Source: the human T2T-CHM13v2.0 reference genome, Homo sapiens. From it: a DNA stretch of 64,000 nucleotides. The position numbers and the translations under genes are program-made. Numbering within the stretch: position 1 is the stretch's first letter; every line of letters begins with the position of its first letter. The DNA is taken from NCBI RefSeq assembly GCF_009914755.1, contig NC_060937.1. One strand, given 5' to 3'. This document shows, piece by piece, positions 14,414 through 27,300 of the stretch. Under the pieces are notes generated by a model. It did no database searches. It was not told the DNA's origin and was given only the letters and a program-made list of their open reading frames with translations.

Positions 14414-15715
14414 GTTCAAACCTCCATTAAAGCAGCTGAGAGTAGTCAGAAAGAATCATATAAAGTAGTATTTTATTTCTATATAAATGAATGATTTCTA
14501 AACACACATAAACCTTTAGTGCAACTTTTATTTCATTCCTTTCAACTATAGTTAACTCTATTATAAATGTTTTCATCACTCTTCTGTAGACTGAAGTCTG
14601 TTAATCAATTCATTTCAATAAACATTTATTTAGAATTCCAAGTATTTTATGTTCTGCCATTGTCTCCTATTCATTGCAGATATACAGGTCATCAGATGTG
14701 AATGCTTTTATCCTGCCTGTAAGGGAAGATACTTCTTTAGCTTGACCTTTTGTTCTTCACTTTTCCCTCTGACTCTGAAGACATCTTGGCTTCTGTTCTT
14801 TCTCATGGAGTTATAGATACCATTTGATACCATCAGGCACCTTGCTGTTTCAATTAGATATTAAATATTTTTGTATCTTCATTTTTTCTCTTTATCAGAT
14901 GATGTGTTAGGCTTACAAACTCAATCTTAATAACACTTTTCTTGGAACTTCATGATCATTCAAGTTACTGCCATTTCATTTTTCTTTCCCTTATTAGATA
15001 TCTTTTTAAGCTTTATGTAGGTGTGCATATATATAACAAGAACATTCTCCTACAAAGTCACAATAAAACCATAAAAATCAGGAAGCAATAATCAATACAT
15101 TGCTAACATCTAATTTTCATGCTTCATTCATAGTTTGAAAATTATCCCAATAATATTATTTAGAGCAAACTCATCTAGTACATTATGTCATGTTATATTT
15201 AATTTTCATGTCTCTTTAGTTTCCCTTAATCTGGAGAAAATCCTGAGTCTTTCCTTGATTTCATGTCCTTGACAGTTTTAAAGATTATATACCAGTTATT
15301 TTGGTGAATGCCTGTCAATTTGGATTTGACTGATATTTCCTTATCATGAGGCTCGGTTTATGCATTTTTGGCAGGAATATCATCAGCAATGCCATGCTCT
15401 TCTCATTCCATTTTATCAAGTGGCACATGACTTTATTTTATCGTCCAATATTGATGTTGTTAAAATTGATTATTTGATGAAGCTGGCGCCTGCTAGGCAT
15501 TCCCAATGTGTAGTTACTCATTTTCTATTTTTAATTTATAAGTGTGTTTTCTGGAAAGACCGAATCTTTGTACACTTTCTATTTTTCATCAGACTTTATT
15601 TTATTTATATCAGTATGTATTTAAGGATTACTATATTGCTCTATGGATTAAAATATATTAACAATATTAATTATTTGATGATACACTTATTCCAGATTTG
15701 GCCAGTGGAAACCCC

Positions 15716-16218
15716 GCATACACTTACCAGGGATCTCAGTTATAAAAAGTACATTTCAGTCACCCACTTTATTTTTCTTCTTTCCCTCCCCTCTCACTTG
15801 TTCTTTCCTTCCCTCTCTGGGCATGCCCTTCTGTCACTGAATGCTTATCTAATTATGTTCTTGCTTCAGAAATTCCAGAGGCTAATCTTGGAACAAATCA
15901 GTCATAGACCTAGATCACAGAGTCCTCCCACTTAGAGGGAGTCACGAGCAATTAGTCGCCACCATTGGGCTGAAGTTAGTTATGTGGAACAAAACTCACA
16001 GACCCCACACTCTGCACAACTCCCGTAGGTTTTTCATACCAAGCTTCCCTTTTAAAGTCCTATGGTAAAATTTAAATTTTAAGATGGTACTTTAGAGCAC
16101 TAATTCACTATCTTCTCAGTCTGCTGGCTTTCTAATTAAACCTGCTTTTCTTCCCACCAACACTTGCCTCTCATGTTTGGCTTTCAAGTAGTGAGCAACA
16201 ATACCTGGGTCCAGATTC
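15716..16218 (+). mobile_element. MER4-group ERV1 LTR (MER39/LTR29/LTR49-like)
   Basis: cttcagaaattccagaggctaatcttgg...ctaattaaacctgcttttcttcccaccaacacttgcctctc...ggctttcaagtagtgagc; interrupts L1MC. Confidence 0.6.
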
Positions 16219-16465
16219 GATGGTGGCCCTCTGTCCTTTGGAAATGAATGACAATTTTCTTACTTTCTGGCACAAAAAGATGCTTGCAACTCATCTTATG
16301 TTCTCCCTTCTCTGTCCTGGAATCTACCATTTCTCCAAGAGATGATGGTTTCTTTTACTAGAAAATGGAATTTAAAAACCAGGATCTTGGTACCTAATTT
16401 GCTCACTGCTATTGCTTTGAAACTTCTCCCAATAACTCTCCGTGGACAGGGCTATGATATATGTG

Positions 16466-16917
16466 TGTGATGGTTAATATCGAGTATGAACTTGATTGGA
16501 TTGAAGGATGCAAAGTATTGTTCCTGGGTGTGTCTGCGAGGGTGTTGCCAAAGGCAATTAACATTTGAGTCAGTGGACTGGGAAAGGCAGACCTACCCTC
16601 AATCTGGGTGGGCACAATCTGATCAGCTGCCAGCATGGCCAAAATAAAAGCAGGCAGAAGAGTGTGAAGAGACTAGACTGGTTTAGTCTTCTGGCCTACA
16701 TCTTTCTCCCGTGTTGGATGCTTCCTGCCCTCAAACATCAGACTCCAAGTTCTTCAGCTTTGGGACTTGGACTGGCTTTTTTGCTCCTCAGCTTGTAGAG
16801 AGCCTATTGTGGGACCTCGCCTTGTGATCGTGTGAGTCAATACTCTTTAATAAGCTCCCCTTTATATATACATCTATCCTACTAGTTATGTCCCTCTGAC
16901 GAACCCTGACAAATACA
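16466..16917 (+). mobile_element. MLT2A (MLT2A1-like, HERV-L) solo LTR
   Basis: tgtgatggttaatatcgag...cttgattggattgaaggatgcaaagtattgttcctgggtgtgtctg...gaaccctgacaaataca; 5-bp TSD atgtg/atatg. Confidence 0.92.
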
Positions 16918-17364
16918 ATATGTATCTTTGCATGTACGTGTGTGTGTGTGTGTGTATGCCCTCCCTTTCCATATTTGTTATTCATTTAGTTGATAGAAAT
17001 TTAGCTCTTATTATTTACAGTTAATTGATTATGACTTATTTGATTACTCTTATTGTATGTAACTAATCTCCCATTGCTGGCTCCTATACAAAATACATCT
17101 TTCTCAGATCCACCTTTTATTCAGAAATGTAGCAAGAAGAAAATGGAAGCAAGGGAAAAGGAAAAAAGGAGAATAGAAAGAGAAGATAAAACACACCTTC
17201 TTTTAAACTTATTATTTCTTTTTGACTTTGCCTCTTCAGTGTGGATTTGCTCATTTTCAAGTCTCTGAAATTCATTCCCTTACTCCAATACAACCAATCT
17301 CTCTCACACTCTTTTTTTAAATGTCCTAACCATGGGATTAATGGTGAATACCTGCTTTTGCTTC

Positions 17365-17750
17365 AAGGTGGGGAGGCAGAACTGTCGTCTTGGTAACTGA
17401 AGTCAGTCCCCTGGGAGCTGTGTTCTAATATGACAGACATCCAACAAAAAAACTCCAATAGAAAGGCTATGGTAATCTTCCTTATCAGTGATACTTGGCA
17501 TGTGTTCTCACTTGTCACTGCCGTTTGAATTATGGGCATCCCTGGGGGACTACACTGGGAGTGGACACCTGGCAGTTCGCCCCTGCTTTCTTTCAGGTTT
17601 TGTCCTATTAATATTTTTCCCTTGTTGATGTTAGTCTGTATTCTTTCAAAGTAATAAGCTCCAAACATGAGTACAACAGCTTTTCTGAAACCCATGCATC
17701 TTCCTAACAAATTATTGAGCCTAAGTGTGGCCTCGGGAATACTCAACACA
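17365..17750 (+). mobile_element. MER21C-like LTR, 3' part
   Basis: gactacactgggagtggacacctggcag...cccttgttgatgttagtctgtattc...catgagtacaacagcttttctga...ctcaacaca. Confidence 0.7.
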
Positions 17751-18034
17751 CCAGGAATCTACAAATTCTTAAATCATGTGGTATGAGTTTTATAACTTTT
17801 TTAGCAATATTTGAGACTTGTAACTCTGTGTACCTCTTAATGTCCAGATCTACTTTTCATGTTTTCTTCTGACTACTATTCTCTGTGTTTCTTAGTGCAG
17901 GAATTCTCCTAATGATAACATTCGTTTTTTTATGATAGCAAGTGTATAAGTTATGCAACATTTATAACACAGTATTTAATTTTATATTAACTAGTACGTC
18001 TATACTTGTGCATTTCTCTGTGGATATTTATATT

Positions 18035-18140
18035 TCCCCTTTAACTCTGAATTCTCTGAATCCCTGGATTATAATTCTAAATGCCACTGGACATTCCAGT
18101 GTATATGTTTTCTAGGTGCTTTTCATTCAAAACATCCCCA
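18035..18140 (+). mobile_element. L2 fragment
   Basis: ctctgaattctctgaatccctgg...aatgccactggacattccagtgtatatg...ttcattcaaaacatccc. Confidence 0.4.
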
Positions 18141-20197
18141 TATAGACATTGTCTTCTGGTTCCTTTTCTGAATTAAGAACTGGAACTGGCCAATTTTTCT
18201 TTTAACTGCAATTTATTTATACTGAGATGCTTATAAGTATATGACACTTTCTATGTTCACAGGCAAAATAAAAACAAAAATGTCCATGCCGAATCTCCAC
18301 ATACATGTTCTGCTCCCATATTTTCTTTCATTGGTTATATTGACTTCATTGATTACCTCACCAACATTTGAACAGTTGGAGTCACACTATAGCAATTCTA
18401 TCGCAGAAATGAGTAGTGTTCTATAAACTGCTACAAATCCATGAGTGCACAACTTGAGTGAAAACAAATAGAAACTCTCATGACAATCTTATATAAGTGG
18501 CATTAAGATAAAAAGCATAACAACATAAATCATAAACACTCTGAATTTCTTTGAAAAAAGTGTAACCGTATTTAAAAGCTAGTAGAAGCAAATGTACAAT
18601 ATTTTACATATAGAACTTAATATTTTGTGGTTATCCTAAGTTAAGACTAAGACTGAAACAAATACATATGTATGACTGTTAAGACATTAATCACAGCATG
18701 GCTCAAAGAGTGTGCTCATATAAGTTGAGTAAATATGTGGCAAAGAAGTTAGCTTAAGTATTGGTTTCCAATAACATCAGAGCACATCGTTTAGCTAAGT
18801 TATATGACAAATACACTCAGTAATGCACATTTCATTATAATGTGATGAATGTGCAAATATTTTTAACGTAGATATTCTTCGAGGATATGTGTGATTTGAA
18901 TATAATGGTGATATAAAGAGAAGATTTCTGTTTTCAGCTTAATTGCTGACAAACATTAGTACTGAACCAAACTATGAAGGTTTACATTGTCAACATATAC
19001 AATTTGGAGTTAAAGATTTGTTTTGAAATAGAATCTGATGACACAGCTACAATTACAGAAACATAATAGAATAGCTATCCACATAAAGGAGCCTATGCCA
19101 GAATATAAATCACCAGAATGTTTCCTTCATTGAGAAAGTATTTCTATGGAAAAAAAAGTCAACTGAAATAAAGAGTGCTTACAAGCACAGTAAAGCTACG
19201 AATAATAAAAAGGCTAATGTTTTATATATCATATTATATATATTATTAAATATAGTTCTCTGTTTTTTAGGAAAATATGAAAGTTGATTGTAAATAATTG
19301 ATAATGCAGACTAAAATTGAATTTTGTCATGAGAAAATTGTCAAGAATATTTGAATTATGGAATAAACAGGATGTCTACAAGATTAAAAACAATTTGGTC
19401 TCAATTTTGAAATATGCTAATTGAACAGTAAGACTTTTTTTTGGAAATTTCATCAAAGGAAGGAAGGCAACATGCTTCTTCATGGCAAAAAAACAAAGGA
19501 TAATTTCTGTAGTATCTTATGACATGTCCCATAATTGAACACTACTTTAACAATGGAGTAAGGGATTATCTTGATACATAGTATCTGCTAAAGTTCTCAT
19601 CAAAAATAAAGAAATACAATAGAATTTTAAAATGTTAATTATATCAAATAAATAGCTTCATACAGGTAATATATGGATATAGAATACATTAAACTAAAAA
19701 GAAATTATAATTATATATAATTTTAGCAGATTTACAGAATAACATGTATTCAGTAAATATATATGAAATGTGCTTGGTAAAGGGTTAAAATTAATTTTAA
19801 TAATATACTAGTTGTCTTTTTTTATACATCTTTCACTGAGATTTTTTAAAAATGTTTTGTCTTCTATCCCCATCCAGTTACCTTCGCAAGACTGTACTGT
19901 GTATAATTTCTGTATTTCTATACCTGAAAATATCATAAAGGACTTTAAATTCTTCTCAAGATGTAGTAAAAGGATCAGATTACTCACCTTCCTTCATAAA
20001 ACAAATAAAGCAATGGGTTTCAAGAAGCTAGACATTGAGACAATGAAAGTAGTATATACATGTTCAAAGGATTTCAAACCAATATGCCAAAGAGATATCT
20101 GCACTTCTGTGTTCATTTTGGAATTAATCATAATAGCCAAGTTGTGGAATGAACCTAAGTGTCCAGCAATGGATGAAAGGATGAAGAAAATGTGATG

Positions 20198-20569
20198 GGT
20201 GATTCCATGTCTTTGCTGTTGTGAATAGTTCTGCAATGAACATATGCATGCCATTATCCTCAGCAAACTAATGTAGGAATGGAAAATCAAATACCACATG
20301 TTCTCACTTGAAGCTGAAGGATTAGAACATGTGGACACATTGAGGGGAACAACACACACTGGGGCCTGTCGGAGGGTGTGGAGTGGGAAGAGGGAGAGCA
20401 TCAGGAAGAATAGCTAATGGATGCTGGGTTTAATAACTAGGTGATGGGACAATCTGTGCAGCAAACCACCATGTCACACATCTACCTATACAACAAACCT
20501 CCACATCCTACTCACGTACCCCTGAACTTAAAATAAAAATTGGAAATTAAAAAAAAAAAGTGAAAAAAA
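20198..20569 (+). mobile_element. L1PA (PA13-15-like) 3' end with a ~50 bp inverted 5' segment
   Basis: Antisense gattccatgtctttgctgttgtgaatag...atgcatg, then sense gccattatcctcagcaaactaa...gcatcaggaagaatagctaatggatgctggg...poly(A); perfect 14-bp TSD aagaaaatgtgatg (20184-20197, 20570-20583). Confidence 0.9.
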
Positions 20570-20580
20570 AAGAAAATGTG

Positions 20581-21241
20581 ATGCAGATAGAGAGTATTAA
20601 GAGGTTACCAGAGGCTTGGAAGGGTAACAGGGCTGAAGAATTGGGGATGGTTAATGGGCATAAAAACATAATTAGATAGGATACAATCTAGTAATTGATA
20701 AGACAGCAGGGTGACTACAGTCAACATAATGTATTACATATTTTATTTTATTTTAAAAAATGTATTGGGGTGGAGTTTCACTCTGTCACCCAGGCTGGAG
20801 TGCAGTGGCACTGAAACTTTTGCCTCCCAGGTACAAGCAATCCTCCTGTCTCAGCCTCTCTATTAACTGGGCTCAAGCCACCATGCCTGGATAATATTTG
20901 TATTTTTAGTAAAGACAGGCTTTCACCATGTTGGCCAGGCTGGTCTCAAACTCCTGACCTCAGGTGATCCACCTTCTTCGGCCTCCCAAACTGCTGAGAT
21001 TACAGGCATGAGCCAGTGCACTGGTGGTATTCTAAAAGACTATAATCAGAATTAATTGTAACACAAATAAATGATAAATGCTTGAGATGATGGATACCCC
21101 ATTTACCCTGATGTGATTATTATGCATTGTATGGCTGTATCAAAATATCTCATGTAACCCATAAATATATACATCTACTATGTACCCATAAAAATTAAAA
21201 ATAAAACATTTAAAAATAAAAAATAATTGATAAATAAATAA
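20581..21241 (+). mobile_element. L1MA (MA3/4-like) 3' end, interrupted by an Alu
   Basis: gatagagag...ggttaccagaggc...gggtgactacagtcaac [Alu] gatggataccccatttaccctgatgtgattatt...actatgtacccataaaaattaaaa tail. Confidence 0.85.
20741..21025 (-). mobile_element. AluS with small internal deletions
   Basis: ggagtttcactctgtcacccaggctggagtgcagtggc...ctcctgacctcaggtgatcc...tacaggcatgagcca. Confidence 0.92.
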
Positions 21242-21709
21242 AAGAAAATGTGGTCTGTAACAGAGTGCAGAATGATGACTTCCAGAGGTTGAGGGAGGGA
21301 AGATGGGGAAATGTTGGTCAAAGGTTAAAATGTTTCATTTAAAAGAAATACATGGTAAGTACTTGAGATGACATATATGTTTGTTAGCTTGACTCAATCA
21401 TTTTACATTATATAAATGAAACAGAGTATCACGTTATACCCAATTAATTATACAATTATAACTTGTGAATATTCAGTAGTAAAGAAAACCCTATCTGAGT
21501 TCTAAGTAGAATAGCATTCCATTTACTTATTGAAAGAATTATAATTTCTACGAAATTTTCTTTCTATCTAATAGCAGGTTATAATTACTCATGTGCTTAG
21601 ATGTTGTTTTGTTTTCATTTAATAAGCATTATTTTTTCCTTCAAATATATCCAATACCTATTTGTCATAGTTCTTGAAATTATTGTGAGTAAAATAATTT
21701 TCTATCTTC

Positions 21710-24100
21710 GCAAAAAGGAAATATAAGGCATCCAAATAGAGAAGGAATAAATCTTATTTCTGCCTGTAGATGACATAATTTCATATTTAGAAGACCCTAA
21801 ATATTCTACAAAAAGGGAAACTATCAGAACTAGTAAACAAATCCAAACAAGTAGCCAAATACAAAGTTGATACAAAAAAAAATTCAGTTGCATTTCTAAG
21901 GATTAACAGTGAATAATCTGAAAATAAATTAAGAAAATAACTCCAACAACATCATCAAAAACATTAAAATACATAGAAATTAACCAAGAAGGTAAATGTA
22001 TAATAAAAACTACACAATGTTGCTGAAAGTAATTAAAGGTGTCATAAATAAATGGAAAGATATTCCATGTTAATGGGATTGGAAGATCTAATATTACTAA
22101 CATGTTAATATCACTCACCCAAAATGATCCACAGATTTATTGCAATTCCTATCACAATCCAGTTATGTTTTCTGCAGAAATAGAAATATCCATACTAAAA
22201 TTCATATGGAATGTTAAGGGACATTGAGTAACCAAACAATCTTGAAAAAGAACAAAGTTGGAGAACTAATGCTTCCTAATTTCACAACTTACTTCAGAAC
22301 TATAGTAATCAAAACAGTGTCTTTCTGGCATAAAGACAGACATATAGATCAATGGAATAGAAAAAAGTGCCCAGAAAAGATCCTCGTATATATAGTCAAA
22401 TGATTTTTGTCAGTGGTTCCAAAACTATTAAATGAGAAAAGGACAATCTTTTCAACAAATGATGGTAGCAGAACTTTATATCCACATGTAAAATAATAAA
22501 GTTGAAGCCTTACTTAATGCCATATACGAAAACTTAAAATCAAATAATCCAACATCATAAATAAAGTATAACCCTGAGAAGGAAATATATGACAACAGCT
22601 TTATGGCATTAGATTTGGCAATGATGATATGGATATCATACCAAAGGCTATACAATAAAAGAAAAAAAATAAATTGAACTTTATGAAAATTTAAAAACTG
22701 CTTTGCATCAAAAACACTTTCAACATAATGTAAAGGCAACCTATAGCATGGAAAAAATACATTAGTCCAGTCTCACACTGCCATGAAGAAATACCCCAGA
22801 CTGGGTAATTTATAAAGGAAAGAGGTTTAATTGACTCACAGTTCCAAATTGTTGGGGAAGCTTCAGCAAACTCAGAATAATGTCAGAAGGCAAAGGAGAA
22901 GCAGGCACCTTCTTCACAGGGCGGCAGGGCAGAGTGAGTACAAACAGGGATGCCAGAGGCTTTTAAACCCATCAGATCTTATGAGACACACTGGATATCA
23001 CGAAAACAGCATGGGGGAAACTGCCCCCATGATCCAGTTACCTCAGCCTGCTCCTGCCTTGACATGTGGGGATTATGGAGACTATGGGGACTACAATTTA
23101 AGATGAGATTTTGGGTGGAGACACAGTCAAACCATATCAGAGAAAATATTTGCAAATCATATTTCTAATAAGGTATTGGTAACCAGAATATATACAACAC
23201 TCCCCAAACTCAACAGTCATAAAAACAACCCAATTCAAAAATGAGCAAAGGATTTGAGCAGACATTTCTCAAAAATAAAAAGATATACACATAGCCAATA
23301 AGCACATGAAAAGGTGCTCAACATCATTAATCATTAGAGAAATGCAAATTAAAACCACAGTCAGGCCCACCAACTCACATCCATTAGAATGACTATTATC
23401 AAAACAACCACAATAAAACAACAGGAAATAACAAGGGTTGCTGAGAATGTGGAGAAATTAGAACACATGTGCACTGTTGCTGAGAATGTAAAATGATTCA
23501 GCCACTGGAAAATGGTATGGTGGCTCCTTAGTACATTAAAAATAGAATTGCCATATGATCAGCAACTCTGTTTTGGGGTAAATACGTGCAGGAATTGAAA
23601 GCAGGGTCTTGAAGAGTTATTTGTACACCCATATTTATAGCAGAATAGTTCACAACAGCTTAAACATGGAAGCAACCCAAGTGTGCATTGACAGATGAAT
23701 AGACAAATAAAATGTTGTATATACATAAAGTGGAATATTATTCAACCTTCAAAAAGAAGAAAATTCTGCAATGAATGGAACTTGAGGACATGCTATGTGA
23801 AATGAGCCAAAAAAAAAATACCAAGTGATTTCACATATATGAGGTACCCTGAATAGTCAAAACCAAAGAGACAGAAATAGAATGGTGGTTGTCAGTGGCT
23901 AGGGTAGAAGGGGAAGGAGAGTTATTGTTTAGTGAGTACAGAATTTCAGTTTTTCAAGATCAAAAGTGTTCTGCAGATAGATGGTAGTGATGGTTGCAAA
24001 CAATATGAATTTCCTTAACATCACTTAACTTTACACTTAAAAAAGTTAAGATAATAATTTTTATGTTATGAATTTACTACAATTAAAAATTAGAAAAAAC
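21710..24100 (+). mobile_element. L1MB-type element: decayed ORF2 (RT to C-terminus) plus 3' UTR, interrupted by THE1
   Basis: ggcatccaaatagagaagga...gatgacataatt (F/YADD region), ctggcataaagacagacatatagatcaatggaatag, aatgcaaattaaaaccaca; 3' UTR ends ttacacttaaaa...tactacaattaaaaa; many stops and frameshifts. Confidence 0.92.
22758..23139 (-). mobile_element. THE1C/D solo LTR inserted in L1
   Basis: attagtccagtctcacactgcc...gactgggtaatttataaaggaaagaggtttaattgactcacagttcc...acacagtcaaaccatatca. Confidence 0.92.
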
Positions 24101-26800
24101 AATACCAGTAATTTCAGCATGTTTCCCTTAGTGTAGCACCATCATCAATCCAGTCTCAGTTATATTAAGAAAGAAGACACAGTCTCAATTGTCATAATAA
24201 AATGTGTAAAAATTGGTACATTATTGTTAGTTCAAATTGTGTGTAGAGGCATCTAATATGGAGTTACTATTTAATCCCATGTTTTTATTAGATAAAATTT
24301 TAGGATCACAAAATATAATCAATTGCTCATTTTATTATTAAATTAACTAGAAGATTAATTTATTATTAAATTATTCAATTATAGTTTAGTTAAAATTCAA
24401 CTACTCACTGGTATGTACACTTCCAATAATTAAAGTGTTCACTTATGTAAGATTTTTTTTCCCTATGCATTTGTTCTATTTGTGCTAAAATGTAATTTTA
24501 TGTCTGTTGAACCTAGTCATAAAAAAATAAATTATATATCTATGAGTTTTTAGATACTGTTTGCTAGTAATTTATTTCTGTTATGTATTGCAGAGATATT
24601 GGTCAGAAACCTTTTACCACAGACAGTTGATGGAAGACTAAACTAGATGCCTCCTTCCTCCGTTAGCTTTCTAGAGCTGATGATGAATGTTTTTGAGATC
24701 TACCTCTTCAGTATCTCTGAAATAACATATTTCCTCCCCATACCAATAATTATTTTTCCTTTTCCCCTGCCCTTCATTCCTTCCTTTAGTTTCCTGACAT
24801 ATTGTAAAATATGCATGTCAAGGAGTATCTGGCTGTTTGAACACCCTTTTAGCTATTTTTTAATGCTTTCGCCAACCAAAACTTCATTATCTGTAATATT
24901 TCTACAAAGGGGAATATAGTTTTAGAATCATTAGTCTGATATTTTTAATAGTCAGAAAGGCTCAGTGCATACTCGGTTATCCCATAGGTCTTTGTTTGTT
25001 TCTCTACTATAGTTATATACAGGGTATATCTTGTTTTGGAGTTACTTGAAGGCAGAACCAATACCACCATCTTCTGTGTCCTTCCAATTTTAGCAGTAGA
25101 TTTTATACTGCACAGCAGAATTCATCTCCTCGGTCATTGCTGCAGTCATTTTCTTTTTTCTGTATGATTCTACTTTCTCTTTAAAAATCAACTAAATAAT
25201 TTCATGAGCTTAATAGAAAGCTCTCCTGATCTTTCCTGAGAATACTGTAATTTTGGGCCTCTCACTTGATCACTTACATCATAATAGCACAAAAATGAAA
25301 TGTATAATAGTGAAACAACTATCTTTTTTCTTTGTCTGCTTGGTGCTAAATAGTATGCCAAGTGCTTTATTGTACATATTTAGTTTTCAAAAACAGATAT
25401 TTTGTATTCAAACAAAATGCACCTTTATGTGTGATATATTGTGGCATAGTTTAATGGTTTATTTATTATTCCTTTCCTTATTAGATCTGAGCAACTAGTT
25501 GGCAAAAAATTGTATTTCCTTTTTGATTACTCCAGTAGAATGTCACCCCATAACCTAGCAGGTGTTAAAAAATGTTGTAATAAACAATCACCTGCAAAAC
25601 AACCAAAAAATGTAGTAAAACAAGATTTTTTTCTCTAAAAATATTTTTAGTATTCTATCAGACTTTATTTGCAATTTCACACATGGCATGACTCCTTGAA
25701 TAAGATTTTTTTGGGGGGTGCTAGTGTTAAAGTCAAATTAGGGACAAGTGGCAGGAATTGACTAAAAGAGCATGAATCTGTAACAATTATAAATGTTAGA
25801 TTTAATTAATTTCATGTAGTTAGATAAATTATTAAATTATCGTGGCTTGCTGAAGAATTAATTTAAAATCAGTTGGAGTTATCATGTACAAATATCACAA
25901 TCTTTATCTAAAATATAAAAGATTTCTCATCTAAGTAGTATGTGTAGAATAAATTTCAAAATGCATTTAAAAATCAATATTACATTTTATGTTTAATGCA
26001 GGTCAATGACAGGGTATCATAGTGGAATCAAAGGACATTTTCCCCGAAGGTAGCATTGTAATTCTCTATTTCTTAATGCACATTACAGTTCACTGAACTT
26101 CTCTATTATCTAATTCTGAAACTCTCCTGCTTCCTGACAAGCAGTTTTGTAGACAGTGAGATTCTCAAGATTGAATAGGATGGAAACCGAATTTCTGATC
26201 ACCACCCAAGTTTTCCTTTAGCAAGTGATGTCTTCTTTCTTGAGGATCTATGATAGCCTGAAAAAAAAATGATTATTCAAGTTGGTCAAGAAACATTATA
26301 TGTACAATGAAATTTCTATTCTTTATAAAGGAAAATTGACATCTCGTTCTTATTCCCATTCCTTTGCATTATTGTTGTTTTCCTTTTATGTATTATTATC
26401 TGTTGCTTTTATGTTAAATCTCTCTTATACCTGTCCAGCATTTAAAGAATCATGATGACTACAATGACTGGATATTCTCCAAAGTTCACCTCTCCTTTGA
26501 CCTGAAATCCATGCTAGTAAATGTTTAATGAATACATTCTCAAAAAATACCTAATATATTCTTTTAGTTGGTATTTTGAGATATTTCAGCCCACTTTACA
26601 ATGCTAGCCCTGTATTAATGTTTTAATCTCATTAATTAAATATTTGAAACTTTCATTTTATAAATAGTGTAATTATATGTTTGTTTTTCTTTATACCCTA
26701 TGAAATAGAAGAAATTCATATGCTATTTTTTTCTGAAAGAGTCATCCAATGTTTGGGATTAGTTGTTAAAATTCATGTTTTCAAGTGTCACACACCCTAA

Positions 26801-27300
26801 CAGAGATTTTTCAATTTCTCTCTCCATGAGTCCCTCTGACAGTCTGGTGAAGACTACGGACCACTTTTTAGAATAATTTTGTAGTATATAAAATATAAGA
26901 AGTAAGTTTGAAAATAAAATAAATTATATTAAAATGTACTTGTAAGAATAACCAACCCACAAAATTGGAATAGTATGTGTAGTATATGTTTCCTTATTCA
27001 TATGATAAAATAAAATATACCAACACATTTAAAAACAACTATACTTTTGAAGTAGTGATGAGTAGAAGTAATGATTTGAGATATCTGCAAAACCTGCAGT
27101 ATTATATAAAATAACTTTTGAATTCTATTGCTAACAAAGATAAGGCTACATTGACTTGTTGCCCATATTTGTAATGGTAAGAAATAATACATTTCTGTTA
27201 TTGATTAATGAAAATTATGCTGTGAATCTTCCTATTTTAGCTCACAAACTCTGAATTTTATCCACAGATGACTTTGGGGTCTATGAATCCCTGTAACCAC
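26801..27300 (+). mobile_element. MER119-like hAT-Charlie DNA transposon
   Basis: ccatgagtccctctgacagtctggtgaagactacggaccactttttagaataat...tatccacagatgactttggggtctatgaatccc. Confidence 0.7.

Larger units (their letters stand above)
15035..17090 (-). mobile_element. L1MC (MC4/5-like) 3' region, split by two LTR insertions
   Basis: ttccttgatttcatgtccttgacagttttaaag...tgcatttttggcaggaatatc...ccagatttggccagtgg [LTR] actttctggcacaaaaagatg...ccatttctccaag [MLT2A]. Confidence 0.7.
20065..21483 (+). mobile_element. Old L1MA host (pieces 20065-20194 and 21242-21483) containing nested insertions
   Basis: caaagagatatctgcacttctgtgttcatt...ggatgaagaaaatgtg on the left; aagaaaatgtgg...ggggaaatgttggtcaaagg...tatacaattataacttgt on the right. 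Confidence 0.75.

Noticed and set aside
15360-15935. Longest ORF in the window (191 aa)
   Set aside because: It runs antisense through L1MC 3' sequence into an LTR, with low-complexity hydrophobic composition and no recognisable domain.
21710-23760. Possible functional reverse transcriptase
   Set aside because: The L1 ORF2 relic is full of stops and frameshifts and is interrupted by a THE1 LTR.
24331-24373. 15-bp direct repeat tttattattaaatta, and the 18-bp tandem at 45798-45833
   Set aside because: AT-only or short slippage duplications, ordinary in this base composition.
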